DNA from: Malacoraja senta
Lineage: Eukaryota
NCBI GenBank assembly: GCA_038087875.1
Contig: JAXLNO010001170.1
Location: 1-64,000 of the forward strand
DNA: 64,000 nt
Reading direction: 5' to 3'
The notes beneath the pieces are model-generated. The model did not search any database. It saw only the letters and a list, made by a program, of their open reading frames with translations, and had not been told where the DNA came from. Within the stretch, counting starts at the first letter, position 1, and the number at the start of each line of letters is the position of its first letter. Below, piece after piece: positions 32,180-46,765 of the stretch. Made by a program: the position numbers and the translations under genes.

Positions 32180-34285
32180 TCTCTTCCATCTTCCAACAAC
32201 ACTCCAACCCAAAATAGAATATTACCCTCAAACACGAAGCGCAGAGCTTCATCTTCCAACTTACTTTACATGTTTGGTTTGTTTTTATTCCTACTCGTCG
32301 ACGGGCCTTTTTTTTGCATTCCCCGTCTACATTCCATCTTTTATCCTCGCAGTTCCTGACGTGATTTTTCTCCATAATGCTCCACAAGGCTCATGTTTCC
32401 ACCTCACTACTCGCGACATGCGTTTAACAAGTGATTCTGGAAAGGAGGGTTCGAAACCCTCTGAACTCAGTAAGATTATAATCAACGAACAAAACAGGGC
32501 AGCACAGTGGCGCAGCTGGAAGTGCTGCAGCCTCACTGCGCCAGGGACCCGGTTTCGATTCTGACCTGCTATATCGTCTGTGTGGAGTTTGCAGGTTATC
32601 CCTGTGATCGCGTGGATTTCCCCCGGGTGCTCCGGTTTCCTCGCATAACCCAAGGACGTGCGGGTTTGTAAGTTTATTGGGCTTTATAAATTGCCCTTGG
32701 TGTGTAGGGAGTGGAAGACAAAGTGGGATAACGTTCGCTAGTGCGAACGTGAGGTCGATGGTCTGCATAGACTCGATGGGCAGAAAGGCCTGTTTTTTCC
32801 GCGCTGTGTCCCTAAACTAAATTGAACCCTATTCAAAACACAGAAAAAATGCAGAGATTTGGGAGAATGTTTGAGATACTTCGCGATATCGGGATGCATG
32901 CCCGAGGAATCATCAAATCCTTATATTAATATTAGATCGTTACGTGATCGGGTCGCATTAAGAACGGTAGAAGACGTTAACTAAAAGAGTATAACCATGT
33001 CCCCTTTTGTTCTTTTTTCTCCTACATTGAGAGTGAAGACTCTCTACATCACCCCATCTATTCCCCTCATTGTGTTATGAACCACTGTAAGATCAATCTC
33101 CGGCTTCCTGCCCTCCAAATGTATAAAATCACAGGCTGTACAACTTCTTCCTCTGGCTCAGGCCCCCGTGTTTCAAGTCGACTCCAGAATCTGGAGGACA
33201 AACATATTAAACGGCCTGAAGAACTCAGCGGGTCCAGCAGTACCTGAGGCAAGAGGTCAACGATTCGGTGAAGACCCAAGGCCAATATTGCCCCTTTCCT
33301 CTTTCTGCGCGTCTAAAGCAGATCTTATTGTTCTGTTGGGGCATTTATAAATGCTGTGGTCCGAGATTATTAATTGGAATATATTTCACACAATGACATA
33401 AAGAGAACACCGCTAACCGGATAAGGAAATGGTATAATTGAGCCAACTATGTATTTTCTCGGGAGGCTATAGTCTATGTATCTATGTATCTATGTATCGC
33501 TGCATCTGCAAAACGCCCTTGACCCGTGTATGGTCTCGCTCGGAAGCAGGCGGGCGTCACCGAAAGCCAGAAAAGGGAGAGACAGAGAAACGTAGCCTAT
33601 GAACACCGACAGCAACATGAATGGCGCTGCAGGGAAAGACGATGCATCTAGAGAAACATAGAGATTCTGATACATGAGATATAAGAGAAAGAGAATCATT
33701 ATCCAGTTAAATAGAAAGGGCGGTGAGGAGAAGGGGAGAACGAGCACGAGATAGTGTAAGTGAGGAGAGTGAGTGAAGAGAAGAGATGTTGAGCGTGAGA
33801 AAAGGAGAAGAGAGTAGAGAGGGAACGTTTGAGAGAGAGTGTGCGTGTGTGCGTGTGAGAGAAAGACTGAGAAAACAAATGTGTGCAGGCGTTTGAGAGC
33901 GAAAGATGGAAGAGAAGGGAAAGAGAGGTGGACATGGGGAGAAGGGGACAGATAGTGTGAAAATAGAGTGTACGCTCCACAGAGAATGTGAGAGGGAAGC
34001 GAAGGGATTGATGGGAGAGAAAAAGAGTGGGAGTGGGACACAGTGTGCGAGTTCGAGAGAGAGTCAGAGAAAGAGCGAGAGAGAAAAAAAGAAACACGGG
34101 TATTGCCCGAACGTGTGAAATTAGAAGGCGGAGCGATTTCCGCGAAACCAACCAATCCAACACCAGGGAACTGCCCTCGATTATCTTTCATGAGCCTGGT
34201 CTGAGCTTTGTGTGGGCATGTCTGATGCGAGGCGTGAACATACAATAAACATTTTCTCCTCGACTCTTCGTTCAAACCGGACACC

Positions 34286-35044
34286 ATGAGTTCCTCGTGG
34301 TCCTTTCTGATAATGATGTTTGTGCTGCCCGGTGAGTCTGTGCTTAACTGCTCAGTTACGTCCGTGGCTCCAATTTACCGTCGGACTGGGCGGCACGGTG
34401 GCGTAGCGGTAGAGTTACCGCCTTACAGCGCCAGTGACCCGGGTTCGATCCAGACTGCGGTTGTTTGGCTGTACAGAGTTTGTATGTTCTCCCCGTGACC
34501 TGTGTGGTTTTCTCCGAGATCTTATTGTTTCTTCCCAAACTCCAAAGATTAGTACAGATTAGTAGGTTAATTGGGGGCATGGTGTAAATGGAAAACTGTC
34601 CCTCGTGTGTGCAGGTTAGCGGTAATTTGCGGGGATCGCTGGTCGGTGCGGACACGGTGGGCTGAAGGGCCTGTTTGCGCGCTGTATCTTCAAACTAAAC
34701 TAAACGATTCACTCGAGTGTTATGTTCGTTCTTACAGGAACGGGCGGTGAAGAGTCCGTGTCCCAGGATCCGCCGGAACAAACGGCTGTGGAAGGACAAA
34801 GCGTCACAATGAACTGCAGTTACTCTGCAGCGTTCAATGCCGTCGCGGCTTTCTGGTACATCCAATATCCCGGGGAGGCGCCAAGATATCTACTCAAGAG
34901 ACTGCGCACTGGGTTTGCGGACCAGTCGCCGGATTTGCCAGACAGGTTTTCCGCTGTTTTTCAGAAAGATAGTAGGACGGTCCCTTTAATTATCTCCGCG
35001 GCCCTTGTCTCAGACTCGGCCGTGTACCTGTGCGCCATGACGCC
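34286..35044 (+). CDS. TCR V segment A4, intact
   Basis: Leader 34286-34331, open V exon 34738-35044 ending YLCAMTP. Confidence 0.9.
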
Positions 35045-35120
35045 CACACTGGTGCAGTGAATCAGCGGACCGCGACAAAAACCGTACCCGCCACTCCCGC
35101 GACCGCTCGCCAGAGGGCGC
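35045..35120 (+). promoter_or_regulatory. 23-RSS plus CTCF-like motif (A4)
   Basis: CACACTG 35045-35051, ACAAAAACC 35075-35083; CGCCAGAGGGCGC 35108-35120. Confidence 0.9.
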
Positions 35121-35338
35121 GCTCACCCGGCTAAACGAAGGAGGTGCTTTTGCCAATCGGCGGAGAACAAATACGCTGTAGGTGCCTGATGTCTACAGTA
35201 TATTTCCCTTTGTCTCTACAGGTTTAGCTCATCCTGTCGGGGCGGCACAGTAGGGCAGCGGTAGAGTTGCTGCCTTACAGCGCCAGAGACTCGGGTTCGA
35301 TCTTGACCTCGGGCGTTGCCTGTGTGGAGTTCACAGCT

Positions 35339-35414
35339 CACCCTGCTTCAGGGACGCAGCAGACCCGGACAAAAAACGCACGACGTGATACGGCGCGCGG
35401 CCACCAGGGGGCGC
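35339..35414 (+). promoter_or_regulatory. Orphan 23-RSS plus CTCF-like motif
   Basis: CACCCTG 35339-35345, 23-nt spacer, ACAAAAAAC 35369-35377; CCACCAGGGGGCGC 35401-35414. Confidence 0.75.
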
Positions 35415-36334
35415 ACTGGCTGCTTACATAGAACCAGAGAATCAGAAGTACAAAGAACTACAGAAGCCGGTTTATATCAAACATAGACACAAAGTGACTC
35501 TGCCCTCCGCATTTGTCCAATGCTCTGCACTAGTGTTTTCACTACTTCCACAGTTCACTACTCTTGACAACACATCTCACCAAGCCAATAATTGGCTCAC
35601 CAGAGCACCACCATGCCTGAGGTCATTTGTCGCCGGTCCGGATTTTTTTCCTGGTCTTTACTCGTCTCCGAGTAAAGTGACAGAGATGCAGATTGAGACA
35701 GGCAGAGTGAAGAGCCAGGGAGATCAATTGATACCGATCGATCGTCACGGAAGATCCGCCGGAGTCAAATTAGTAAGGAAGCACATACAATACATAGATC
35801 ATAGAACAATTCATAGAACAGGCGGATTATCTTTGATCGGACTTTACTGGGTTTACCTTGCACTAAACGTTATTCCCTTATCACGTATATATACACTGTA
35901 AATGGCTCGATTGTAAACACGTATTGTCTTTCCGCTGACTGGTTAGCACGCAACAAAAGCTTTTCTCTGTACCTCATTACATGTGACAATATACTAAACT
36001 GAACTGAATACAGCACAGGAACAGGCCTTTCTGCCCACAGTGACCAAGTCAAACATGATACCACATTAAACTAGTATCTCTCCGTGCGCGTTATTACTGA
36101 GGTGCAGGTACTGAACAGCTGCTTCCGATCCTTCGCGTTACATTCAGCACCCATGAAGAACGTCGGTCCTATTTGGATTCAGATGACGCATGTAACGTAG
36201 ATTCCTGCCCAACCAACGTGAGCTGCGAGACCAACCAACCCCTAACCAGGGTGACGCCCTCTAACTGCAACAAAAGGACACCAACCTTCAACATGCGTTG
36301 ACAACATTCTCTTAACCGCCTCCAGAACAACGCC

Positions 36335-36750
36335 ATGTGTGTCCTGCTGATATTGATTCTTGTGTTTTCCGGTAGGTCTGGCTAGGGTTGCGTGCCGAGG
36401 GTTTGATTTACCTCCGGAATGCTCACAATGTTGTGCTTTGTTACAGGAGCCCGCGGCGACGATGACGTTTCCCAGAAACCGCCGAAACTGGCGATAGACG
36501 AAGGGCAGATCGTAGAGCTGAATTGCACGTTTACCGCAGCTTACGACGGCAGAACTGCCTTCTGGTACGCCCAGCATGCAGGGGGAACGCCGAGATATAT
36601 ACTGAAGAAATCAAACACATTCGATCAACGATCTCCTGATTTCCCAGACAGGTTTTCTGCCGCTTTTCTCAAAGAGAGTAGGACGGTGACTTTGAACATC
36701 GCGGGGGCTCTCCTCTCAGATTCTGCCGTGTATCTCTGTGCCATGGAGCC
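36335..36750 (+). CDS. TCR V segment B2, intact
   Basis: Leader 36335-36371, V exon 36447-36750 (LNCTF, FWYAQ, YLCAMEP). Confidence 0.9.
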
Positions 36751-36825
36751 CACACTGACTCAGAGAAGCAGCGGTCCCGGACAAAAACTGCGGAGGACAT
36801 CCGACGAGATGTCACCAGAGGGCGC
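36751..36825 (+). promoter_or_regulatory. 23-RSS plus CTCF-like motif (B2)
   Basis: CACACTG 36751-36757, ACAAAAACT 36781-36789; CACCAGAGGGCGC 36813-36825. Confidence 0.9.
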
Positions 36826-37475
36826 TCTCGCTGGTCATGTGGAAGTAAGCAGATATATCAGTTTCCTGGCATCCAAAGAAGTTGTGATTTAAACCTTCTT
36901 GTACGAGTGGAACCACGATTCTCCGAACGTTCTTTAAAATCTGAAATTGTTAAATCCTACACAATTCTAAATCCCACAAATATTTAGGTTTGACAGCACT
37001 GAAACAACAAGTGTGCCGATTATGAAAGGCACCTTTGCCCTTTGTTCTGTCGGTGTCTATTCCAGCTCCACGCATTTCCATTGACTCCCCATGATTCTAC
37101 CACTCCTATCGATTATATCAGCACTCCATATTGTCTGGGGGGGGGAAACAGTTAAACCTAATGAAAATTAATTTACACGCCGGTCATTTCCTCTTCGCCC
37201 TTCTACCGCCGGGCGGAAGAAGCAAAAGCTCAAAGCAGACACCACCAGTTTCAAGAATAGTTTCTTCTTCACTGCTATAAACGTCATTAATATACCTCTC
37301 TCACTTGGCAAGAATTTATTTTCGATCTTCCGACCTACCTCGTTCGGCCCTTGCATTGATCTCTGCGTTTCACACTATATTCATCACTCTGTTTCCTTTG
37401 CCTTTTTCAACTACACGCAACTGAACTATCATATCACCAACTAGAGAGCGGCCCTGAGCTGCCACTAACCTCGAA

Positions 37476-38200
37476 GATAGACACAAAATGCTGGAGTAAC
37501 TTAGCGGGTTAGGCTGCATCTCTGGAGAGAAGGAATCGGTGACGTTTCTGGTCGAGACCCTTCTTCAGACTGATGTCAGGGGAGTGGGCGGGATAGGGAT
37601 AGAATGCAATCGGAGACTGTAAGTGGTGGGAGAACTGGGAAGGTGGAGGGGATAGAGACAGAGTGAAAGCAAGGGCTATTTGAAGTTAGATAAGTCAATG
37701 TATTTATCGCTGGGGCGTAAGCTGCCCATGCGAAATATGAGGTGCTGTTCCTTCAATGTTCGCTGGACCTCACTCTGACAATGGAGGCGGCCCAGGACAG
37801 AAAGGTCAGATTCGGAATGGGCGGGGCAATTAAAGTGCTGAGCAACCGGGAGATCAGGTAGGTTGAGGCGGACTGAGCGAAGGTGTTCAGCGAAACGATC
37901 GCAAAGCCTGCGCATGGTCTCGCCGATTAACACCTGGAATAGCGGATGCAGCAGAAGTGGTTGTAGGAGGTGAAAGTGAACCTCTGGCGCACCTGCAAGG
38001 ACTGCCGGGGTCCTTGGATGCAGTCGAGGGGGGAGAGAGAAAGGGACAGGCGTTGCATCTCCTGCTGTTGCAGGGGAAAGTACCTGGGGAGGGGGTGGTT
38101 TGGGTGGGATGGGGCGAGTTGACCAGGGAGTTGCGGAGGGAACGGTCTCTGAGGAAAGCAGAAAAGGGTGGGGATGGGAAGATGTGGCCAGTAGTGCCAT
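37476..38200 (-). mobile_element. Penelope-like fragment (paralog of 3218-3945)
   Basis: ORF 37676-38200 contains IGETMRRLCDRFAEHLRSVR. Confidence 0.8.
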
Positions 38201-39152
38201 TTCCCTCGTTGGAGCCCCCTCGGATTATCTTTAATGGGACTTTTGCTGGGGGTTACATTGCATTAAACGTTATACCCTTCACCCTGCATCTGTACTCTGT
38301 ACATTGCCAGCTCAATTGTAATCATGTATATTCTTTCCGCTGACTGGATAACAAGGGAAAACACTCGCCACTGCAGCTAGGGACACGTGACATTAAATTG
38401 CACTAAACTAAGTATGGTTGTATAATATATGGCATGATTTGTTCAGCGGAGGACGCGAAATCACGTTTCCCACCGTATCCCGTTACCGACGACTATAATA
38501 AACCAGTAACAATACCAAATACAGTCTACATTTGCTTATTAGAGGTGTAGATCCCGATCACAGGAAGGGACATCCTTGTCTGATGCTTTACTTCCTTCTA
38601 TAGGCGCAGATGGCATACTCGTGCTCCCTCTGGTGGCGACGTACGGTCAATGTTTTTTATCCATGGGACCAATAGTTTTAAGATCATAGATAAGGGAGTA
38701 ATAAAGAACTGCTCTGGTCGGATTGTATAATTTATGAGAGCCCAGGCTAAACTGCAACAGATTAATGATTCTTAATCTTCTCAGAAGGAATACGGGTGGT
38801 ATCCTTGATGTAAGAATGGAATTTGGTCTGAAAAAAGTTGAAATGGTCCCTTTGGCCCACATTTTCCGTGCAGAATATGTTAAACTAGACTCTGGACCTG
38901 CACGTGATCCATGTCGCTCTATTCCCTGCATATCAATGTGCGTCTATTCAAGCATCTAAACGCCACTATTATATCTGCCTCCACCACCACCCCTGGCACC
39001 ACAGGCACCCATCTTTTGTGTAAAAAGCTTGCCACGCACATTTTCGTCATCGGCCCACTCACCTTAAAGCTGAATGCATTCAAGCTTTTGATATTCCCAC
39101 CCTGGGTAAAAGGGTTCTAACCGAGACGAGGTGGTACTGTCTGGCATTTCGT

Positions 39153-40064
39153 TTAGAACTGTGAAGAGGATGTTAGGAGGTTGCAGGGTGACCTGTACAG
39201 GTTGAGTGAGTGGGCAGATGCGTGGCAGATGCAGTATAATATAGATAAATGTGAGGTTATCCACTTTGGCGGCAAAAACAAGGGGGCAGATTATTATCTC
39301 AATGGGGTTAGGTTAGGTAAGGGGGAGGTACAGTGAGACCTGGGTGTCCTTGTACACCGGTCACTGAAAGTTGGCTTGCAGGTACAGCAGGCAGTGAAGA
39401 AAGCTAATGGAATGTTGGCCTTCATAACAAGAGGATTTCGGTATAGGAGTAAAGAGGTTCTTCTGCAGTTGTATAGGGCTCTGGTGAGACCACATCTGGA
39501 GTATTGTGTACAGTTTTGGTCTCCTAATTTGAGGAAGGACATCCTTGTGATTGAGGCAGTGCAGCGTAGGTTCACGAGATTGATCCCTGGGATGGCGGGA
39601 CTGTCATATGAGGAAAGATTGAAAAGACGGCTTGTATCCACTGGAGTTTAGAAGGATGAGGGGATATCTTATAGAAACATATAAAATTGTAAAAGGACTG
39701 GACAAGCTAGATGCAGGAAAAATGTTCCCAATGTTGGGCGAGTCCAGAACCAGAGGCCACAGTCTCAGAATAAAGGGGAGGTCATTTAAGACTGAGGTGA
39801 GAAAAAACTTTTTCTCCCAGAGAGTTGTGAATTTATGGAATTCCCTGCCACAGAGGGCAGTGGAGGCCAACTCACTGGAGGGATTTAAGAGAGAGTTAGA
39901 TAGAGCTCTTGGGGCTAGTGGAGTCAAGGGATATGGGGAGAAGGCAGGCACGGGTTATTGATAGGGGACGATCAGCCATGATCACAATGAATGGCGGTGC
40001 TGGCTCGAAGGGCCGAATGGCCTCCCCCTGCAACTATTTTCTATGTTTCTATGTTTCTATGTTT
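39153..40064 (+). mobile_element. Degenerate CR1 fragment (paralog of 4897-5808)
   Basis: QVQQAVKKANGMLAFI...[11 protein letters not shown]; (TTCTATGT)n tail. Confidence 0.9.
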
Positions 40065-40448
40065 CAGTTTGGAGATACAGCGCGGAAACAGGCCCTTCTG
40101 CCAACTGAGTTCGCGGCGACCAGCGATCTCCGTTGACTAGCACTGTCCTAAACATGCTAGAGTCAATTTACAATTGCACCGAGCCAATTGACCTACACAC
40201 CTGTACGTCTTTGGAGTGTGGGAGAAAACTGGAAATCCAGGAGAAATTCCACTCAGGTCACGGAGAAAACGTACAAATTCCGTGCAGACAAGCACCCATA
40301 TTCAGGATCGAACCCGGTTCTCTGGCGCTGTAAAGCAGCAACTGTACCGCTGCGCCACCGTTGCGCCCTAATGGTGTGGGGAATTACGCACAGATGTGGC
40401 TACATAGGTTTATTGCTCCTGTTCTTGTTTCAACGGCATCAGCAGATA

Positions 40449-40595
40449 CTGCCTGAGTCACTGAGTTCTTTCGTGGGTGCCCATGTACGTTCTCGGACAG
40501 TTCCATTGACTATCACTGGAGTCCTTCTCTCCGACTCTGCCGTGCATCTCAGCGCCATAGGGCCGAGACCGAAGCAGCGGGTCCGAACAAAGCCG
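40449..40595 (+). pseudogene. V-segment 3' relic (paralog of 6193-6339)
   Basis: SRTVPLTITGVLLSDSAVHLSAIGP; heptamer absent; ACAAAGCCG 40587-40595. Confidence 0.7.
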
Positions 40596-41870
40596 AACCC
40601 TGGCAATTTAAGCGGGGGCCCACCTGAGAAACCTGGGATCTCCTCTGAACATGCATCAAATGTATTGCAAACAAGCTCCGTTCAAGCCTGTCCTCCAAAA
40701 TCCTCCCGATGTTCACCAATTCTCCAATGGACGCGCGTACCCGCTTGCTTGCGGGCGTCTGCGTATGTACTTCGTCTGTGGGATTGCGACACAAAATAAC
40801 GGAGATAAATAGAGGGAGGCATTGAGACGTACATGCGGACCTTAGGCCCAACAGATCCATGCCGATCTAGATGTATTCAAGGTGTTTAGGAAGGAACTGT
40901 AGATGCTGGAACAATCGAAATTAGACAGAAATGGTGGAGAAACTCAGCGGGTGTGGCAGCATCTATGGAGTGAAGGAATGGATGACGTTTCGAGTCGAGA
41001 CCCTTCTTCAGACTGTCTGAAGAAGGAACTCGACCCGAAACGTCACCCATTCCTTCGCTCCATCGATGCTGCCTCACCCGCTGAGTTTCTGCAGCATTTC
41101 TGTCTACCTAAGATGTATTCAAGAGTGAGTTAGATATAGCTCGTGCTGCTAACGGAGTCAAGGATATGGGGAGAAAGCAGGAATGGGATACAAATTTTTG
41201 AGGATCAGCCGTGATAATATTATATGGCGGTGCTTGTACGAAGGGCCGAATGGCCTAATACTGCACCTATTTTCTATGTTTCATTGTTTCTATGCCTAAT
41301 CGAAGGTACTCCCATGTTTCGCGTCTGGCACATATCCTTCCAAATCTTTCCTACCCATGTACGTATCCAAGCGTCTTTGAAATGCTGCTATAGGCCGTGC
41401 CCCTGCTACTGTACCTCATGTGGAAGCTCGTGAAAACGTTTCCCCTCAGGTTGCTATTAAATCGTGCCGCTCCCATATTAAAACTATGTTCACTTGTTCT
41501 GGACTCCCGTACCCTTGCGAAAATATTGTGTGCATTCACCATATCCACTCCTCCCGTGATCTCTTATACACTTCTTTCAGATCACCCATCAGACTCTTGC
41601 GCTCCTGCAGATAAAATCATAACTTGCCCAACGTGTCCCTATTCGTAAGGTCCTCGAGTTCTGGCAATATTTCCGACTGAAGAGTTTGGAGAAATCACAA
41701 AAACCCAAACAAGCACGCAGATCAGAAGAAAGATTGAGTGCATGAGCAAGGGAGCGAGAGAGGAAGAGTGGGAGGGTGGGGAGATAGATGGAGTGTCAGA
41801 AAGATATTCGGATAGAAAGAAGGTAGCCAACTAAACAGATAGAGCAAGAGCGTGCGACACCCACACACCC

Positions 41871-41917
<47 letters not shown>

Positions 41918-42217
41918 CAGAGAGAGACAGAGACAGAGAGAGAGAGTAAGAGAGAGAGAGATATAGAGACCGAGACGGAACGAAGCGCAAGGAAAGATAG
42001 AGGTGGAACAAATTAGCTTGCGTAAAGTGAGCAGGCATGTGCTCAAATTGCATCGGTTGTGATCAACCAACCGTTCAAGAGGGGAACGCCCCTCAGTCTC
42101 CCCAACAGAAAAAAACCTGCCCCTGATTTCCGTCTCCTCTCACATGTATTGGACAACGCGAGACATGAACACAGTCGATCATTTCTGCCTTACAGAGCTG
42201 TTTATAACCTACAGGCC

Positions 42218-42262
42218 ATGAACACCTTCTGGTCTATACTGATGATAATTTTCGTACTTCCT
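42218..42262 (+). pseudogene. Orphan MNTFW leader lacking a splice donor
   Basis: Same donor deletion as 7960-8004. Confidence 0.8.
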
Positions 42263-43244
42263 ATGTTTCAATGGTTCCGAAGCGGAAAGTGTCTTTGATA
42301 CAATGACATATTGCTCACAGGTTCTTTGAGTCTCTGTTGCAATTTTCCGCGAGCGAAACGTGTCTTTGATACAGGCGCGACAGCCATCCCAAACTCTAGA
42401 TATTTTTCCGTGATGCTTTCCTTCCAGCCAGGGGTCTCTTTCTATTGTCCTCCCCATTGGATCTCGCAAGGCAGCCTCCCATGAAGACAAGGGCTTGGAG
42501 AGAACGTTGCACTCCGATGGTGACCTCCGTCGTTTTGTCACCCAGTTTCTGCAACTGGCGAAACGCTGGTTTGCTTTGCGATTGGTGATAACCGGTCTGT
42601 CCAAGTGCGGAAACTGACACGCTGAACGCTCGCAAGTGAGTTCTGATATCTCCGGGAACACCGCGGTACATCTCCAAAGAAATTCAAAAGTAAAGGAGGC
42701 GGGGAGGTTATTGAGGGGCGTCGGGAGCCAGACAGACAGACAGAAGGTCAGACGCGCGAGATCAACCATTGCACGCAAATGAACTCCGTTTTCCCAACTT
42801 ACTTAACAGTTTATTGACTTTTCACTCACATCCTCGCGGTTTGGCCCCTTACACTTAGCACTTTCAGCTGCTCGTCTCCCGGGTAACTTTTCCTCCATGT
42901 TTTCTCCCCACGATCTGATCATACACTTGTGACAAGTCATGGCGAAAGGCATTACAACAGTACTCGGTGAAAATAATTCAACGATGTTCAAAACCCACAG
43001 AATGGTGTTGAACAGTCGGTAGAAGCTTTACATTATCTGAAGAGTATCGCTGCACCTCCCCCTCCCCCCACCTCGTGGTGGGCGGGTCTTAAGGAAACGG
43101 GCTCACATTGCGTGGATTATGACAACCCATCCAATCGGCGTCAGATGCACGCCACATTGCTTTCTAAAGACATCAGCATCTGTCGTCCGATATCAGATGC
43201 GGGGCAGCGAGATCTTGAAAACAACTAATTCTTCTCTGTTTGCC

Positions 43245-44580
43245 ATGTGGTCTACATGTTCTTTGCTCGTAATAACGTTCGTCCTGCCGAGTAAGTCTGC
43301 GTTTAAACGCTCAGTATGTGCACCTAGACTCTGCTAAGATAGAAGTGTGCAATATTATAGCACGCACAGATAGGGTAGAATGTCAAAACACATTTACTCA
43401 AGGTTGACGTGTCAAAGTCTGGAGGGTGCAGATTTAAAGTGAAAGTAGCAATGTTTAAAGGAGATGTGCGGGGAAAGGGGTAACGGGTGCCTGGCACAGA
43501 CTGCAAGGGCGTGTCAATGCAGACATAGATGAAAGTGGTGTTTACCAGATTATTAGGTAGGCATATGACAATAGACAATAGATAATAGGTGCAGGATTAG
43601 GCCATTCGCCCGTTCAAGACAGCACCGCCGTTCAATGTGATCATGGCTGATCATCCCCAATCAGTAACCCATTCCTGCCGTCTCCCCATATCCCCTGACT
43701 CCGCTATCTTAAAGAGCCATATCTAGCTCTCTCTTGAAAGTAACCAGGGAACCGGCCTCCACCGCCCTCTGAGGCAGGGAATTCCACAACGAAACAACTC
43801 CCTGTGTGAAAAAAGTGTTTCCTCATCTCCATTCCAAATAGCTTACCCCTTATTCTTAAACTGTGGCACTAGGTTCTGGACTCCCCCAACATCGGAAACA
43901 TGTTTCCTGCCACTAGCGTGTCCAAACCCGTAATAATTTTATGTGCTTCAATAAGATTCCCTCTCATCCTTCTAAATTCCAGAGTGTACAAGCCCAGCCG
44001 CTCCATTCTCTCAGCACGTGACAATCCCACCATTCCGGGAATTAACATTGTGAACCTACGCTGCACTTCCTCTAGAGCAAGAGTATGGATAAGCAGGGAA
44101 TGGAGGGTTAGGGATTATGTCAATAAAGATAGATTAGTTTATGTTAGCATTATGCTCGGCACCGATATTGTGAAGGAAGGTCTGTTCTTGTGCTGTACAG
44201 ATCGATGTTATTTGTCGGTTATTTGTTGTAGGCTTTGATCTTCATCGCATGTTTCTTTTTTGCTTTATTACAGGAAGCTACGGCGAGGAGTCCATGTCTC
44301 AATATCCGCCTGAACTCACTGTTGTTGAAGGACAAGACGTAATACTTAATTGCAATTACCCCAAATCTTACAATAATCAGGTCGCTTTCTGGTACATTCA
44401 GAACGGTGGGCAAGCGCCTAAATATCTACTAAAAAAATATAATGCCGACTCCGGAGATCGGGCTGATGATTTGCCAGAGAGGTTTTCTGCTGCTTACCAC
44501 AAAGGGAATCTCTCGATACCTTTAAGTATCTCCGGCGTCCTTGTCTCCGATTCCGCCGTGTATCTCTGCGCCATGAGGCC
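43245..44580 (+). CDS. TCR V segment C4 with MWSTC-type leader, apparently intact
   Basis: Leader 43245-43290 (A|GTAAGT), open V exon 44274-44580 ending YLCAMRP; the leader-V pairing is inferred. Confidence 0.75.
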
Positions 44581-44658
44581 CACACTGCGGCACCGAAGCG
44601 GCTGATCCGAACAAAAACTCTCTTTCGTCATTTCACTCGAATCTTCACCAGAGGGCGC
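44581..44658 (+). promoter_or_regulatory. 23-RSS plus CTCF-like motif (C4)
   Basis: CACACTG 44581-44587, ACAAAAACT 44611-44619; CACCAGAGGGCGC 44646-44658. Confidence 0.9.
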
Positions 44659-46765
44659 TCTCTTCCATCGTCCAAAAACACTCCAACCCAAAATAGAATA
44701 TTACCCTCAAACACGAAGCGCAGAGCTTCATCTTCCAACATACTTTACATGTTTGCTTTGGTTTTATTCCTACTCGTCGACGGGCCTTTTTTTGCATTCC
44801 CCGTCTACATTCCATCTTTTATCCTCGCAGTTCCTGACGTGATTTCCCCCCATAATGCTCCACAAGGCTCCTGTTTCCACTTCACTACTCCGCGATATGC
44901 GTTTAACAAGTGATTCTGGAAAGGAGGGTTCGACACCCTCTGAACTCAGTAAGAATATAATCAACGAACAAAACACGACAGCACATTGGCGCAGCTGGAA
45001 GTGCTGCAGCCTCACTGCGCCAGGGACCCGGTTTCGATTCTGACCTGCTATATCGTCTGTGTGGAGTTTGCAGGTTATCCCTATGACCGCGTGGATTTCA
45101 CCCGGGTGCTCCGGTTTCCTCGCATAACCCAAGGACGTGCGCGTTTGTAAGTTTATTGGGCTCTATAAATTGCCCTTGGTGTGTAGGGAGTGGAAGACAA
45201 AGTGGGATAACGTTCGCTAGTGCGAACGTGTGATCGATGGTCTGCACGCACTCGATGGGCAGAAGGCCCTGTTTTTTCCGCGCTGTATCTCTAAACTAAA
45301 TTGAACCCTATTCAAAACACAGAAAAATGCAGCGCTTTGGGAGAATGTTTGAGAGACTTCGCGATATCGGGATGCATGCCCGAGGAATCATCAAATCCTT
45401 ATATTAATATTACATCGTTACGTCATCAGGTCGCATTAAGAACGTTAGAAGACGTTCAATAAAAGAGTAAAACCATGTCCCCTTTTGTTCTTTTTGCTCC
45501 TACATTGAGAGTGAACACTCTCTGCATCACCCCATCTATTCCCCTCATTGTGTTATGAACCACTGTAAGATCAATCTCCGGCTTCCTGCCCTCCAAGGTA
45601 TAAAATCACAGGCTGCACAACTTCTTCCTCTGGCTCAGGCCCCCGTGTTTCAAGTCGAGTCCAGAATCTGGAGGACAAACATATTAAACGGCCTGAAGAA
45701 CTCGGCGGGTCCAGCAGCACCTGAGGCAAGAGGTCAACGATTCGGTGAAGACCCAAGGCCAATATTGCCCCTTTCCTCTTTCTGCGCGTCTAAAGCAGAT
45801 TTTATTGTTCTGTTGGGGCATTTATAAATGCTGTGGTCTGAGATTATTAATTGGAATATATTTCACACAATGACATAAAGTGAACACCGCACACCGGATA
45901 TGGAAATGGTATAATTGAGCCAACTATGTATTTTCTCGAGAGGCTGTAGTCTATGTATCCACGTATCTATGTATCGCTGCATCTGCAAAACGCCCTTTAC
46001 CCTTCTACGGTCTCGTTCGGAAGCAGGCGGGCGTCACCGAAAGCCAGAAAAGGGAGAGACAGACAGAGAAACGTAGCCTATGAACCTCGACAGCAACATG
46101 AATGGCGCTGCAGGGAAAGACGATGCATCTAGAGAAACATAGAGATTCTGATACATGAGATATAAGAGAAAGAGAATCATTATCCAGTTAAATAGAAAGG
46201 GCGGTGAGGAGAAGAGGAGTACGAGCACGAGATAGTGTAAGTGAGGAGAGTGAGTGAAGAGAAGAGATGTTGAGCGTGAGAAAAGGAGAAGAGAGTAGAG
46301 AGGGAACGTTTGAGAGAGAGTGTGCGTGTGTGCGTGTGAGAGAAAGACTGAGAAAACAAATGTGTGCAGGCGTTTGAGAGCGAAAGATGGAAGAGAAGGG
46401 AAAGAGAGGTGGACATGAGGAGAAGGGAACAGATAGTGTGAAAATAGAGTGTACGCTCCACAGAGAATGTGAGAGGGAAGCGAAGGGATTGATGGGAGAG
46501 AAAAAGAGTGGGAGAGGGACACAGTGTGCGTGTTCGAGAGAGAGTCAGAGAAAGAGCGAGAGAGAAAAAAAGAAACTCGGGTATTGCCCGAACGTGTGAA
46601 ATTAGAAGGCGGAGCGATTACCGCGAAACCAACCAATCCAACACCAGGGAACTGTCCCCGGTTATCTTTAATGAGCCTGGTCTGAGCTTTGTGTCGCATG
46701 TCTGATGCGAGGCGTGAACATACTATAAACATTTTCTCCTCGACTCTTCGTTCAAACCGGACACC

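Noticed and set aside
33490-34287. Long S/L/F/H-rich minus-strand ORFs (also 22203-22719, 46034-46732, 55480-56278)
   Set aside because: By-products of purine-rich GA/GT tracts upstream of family A.
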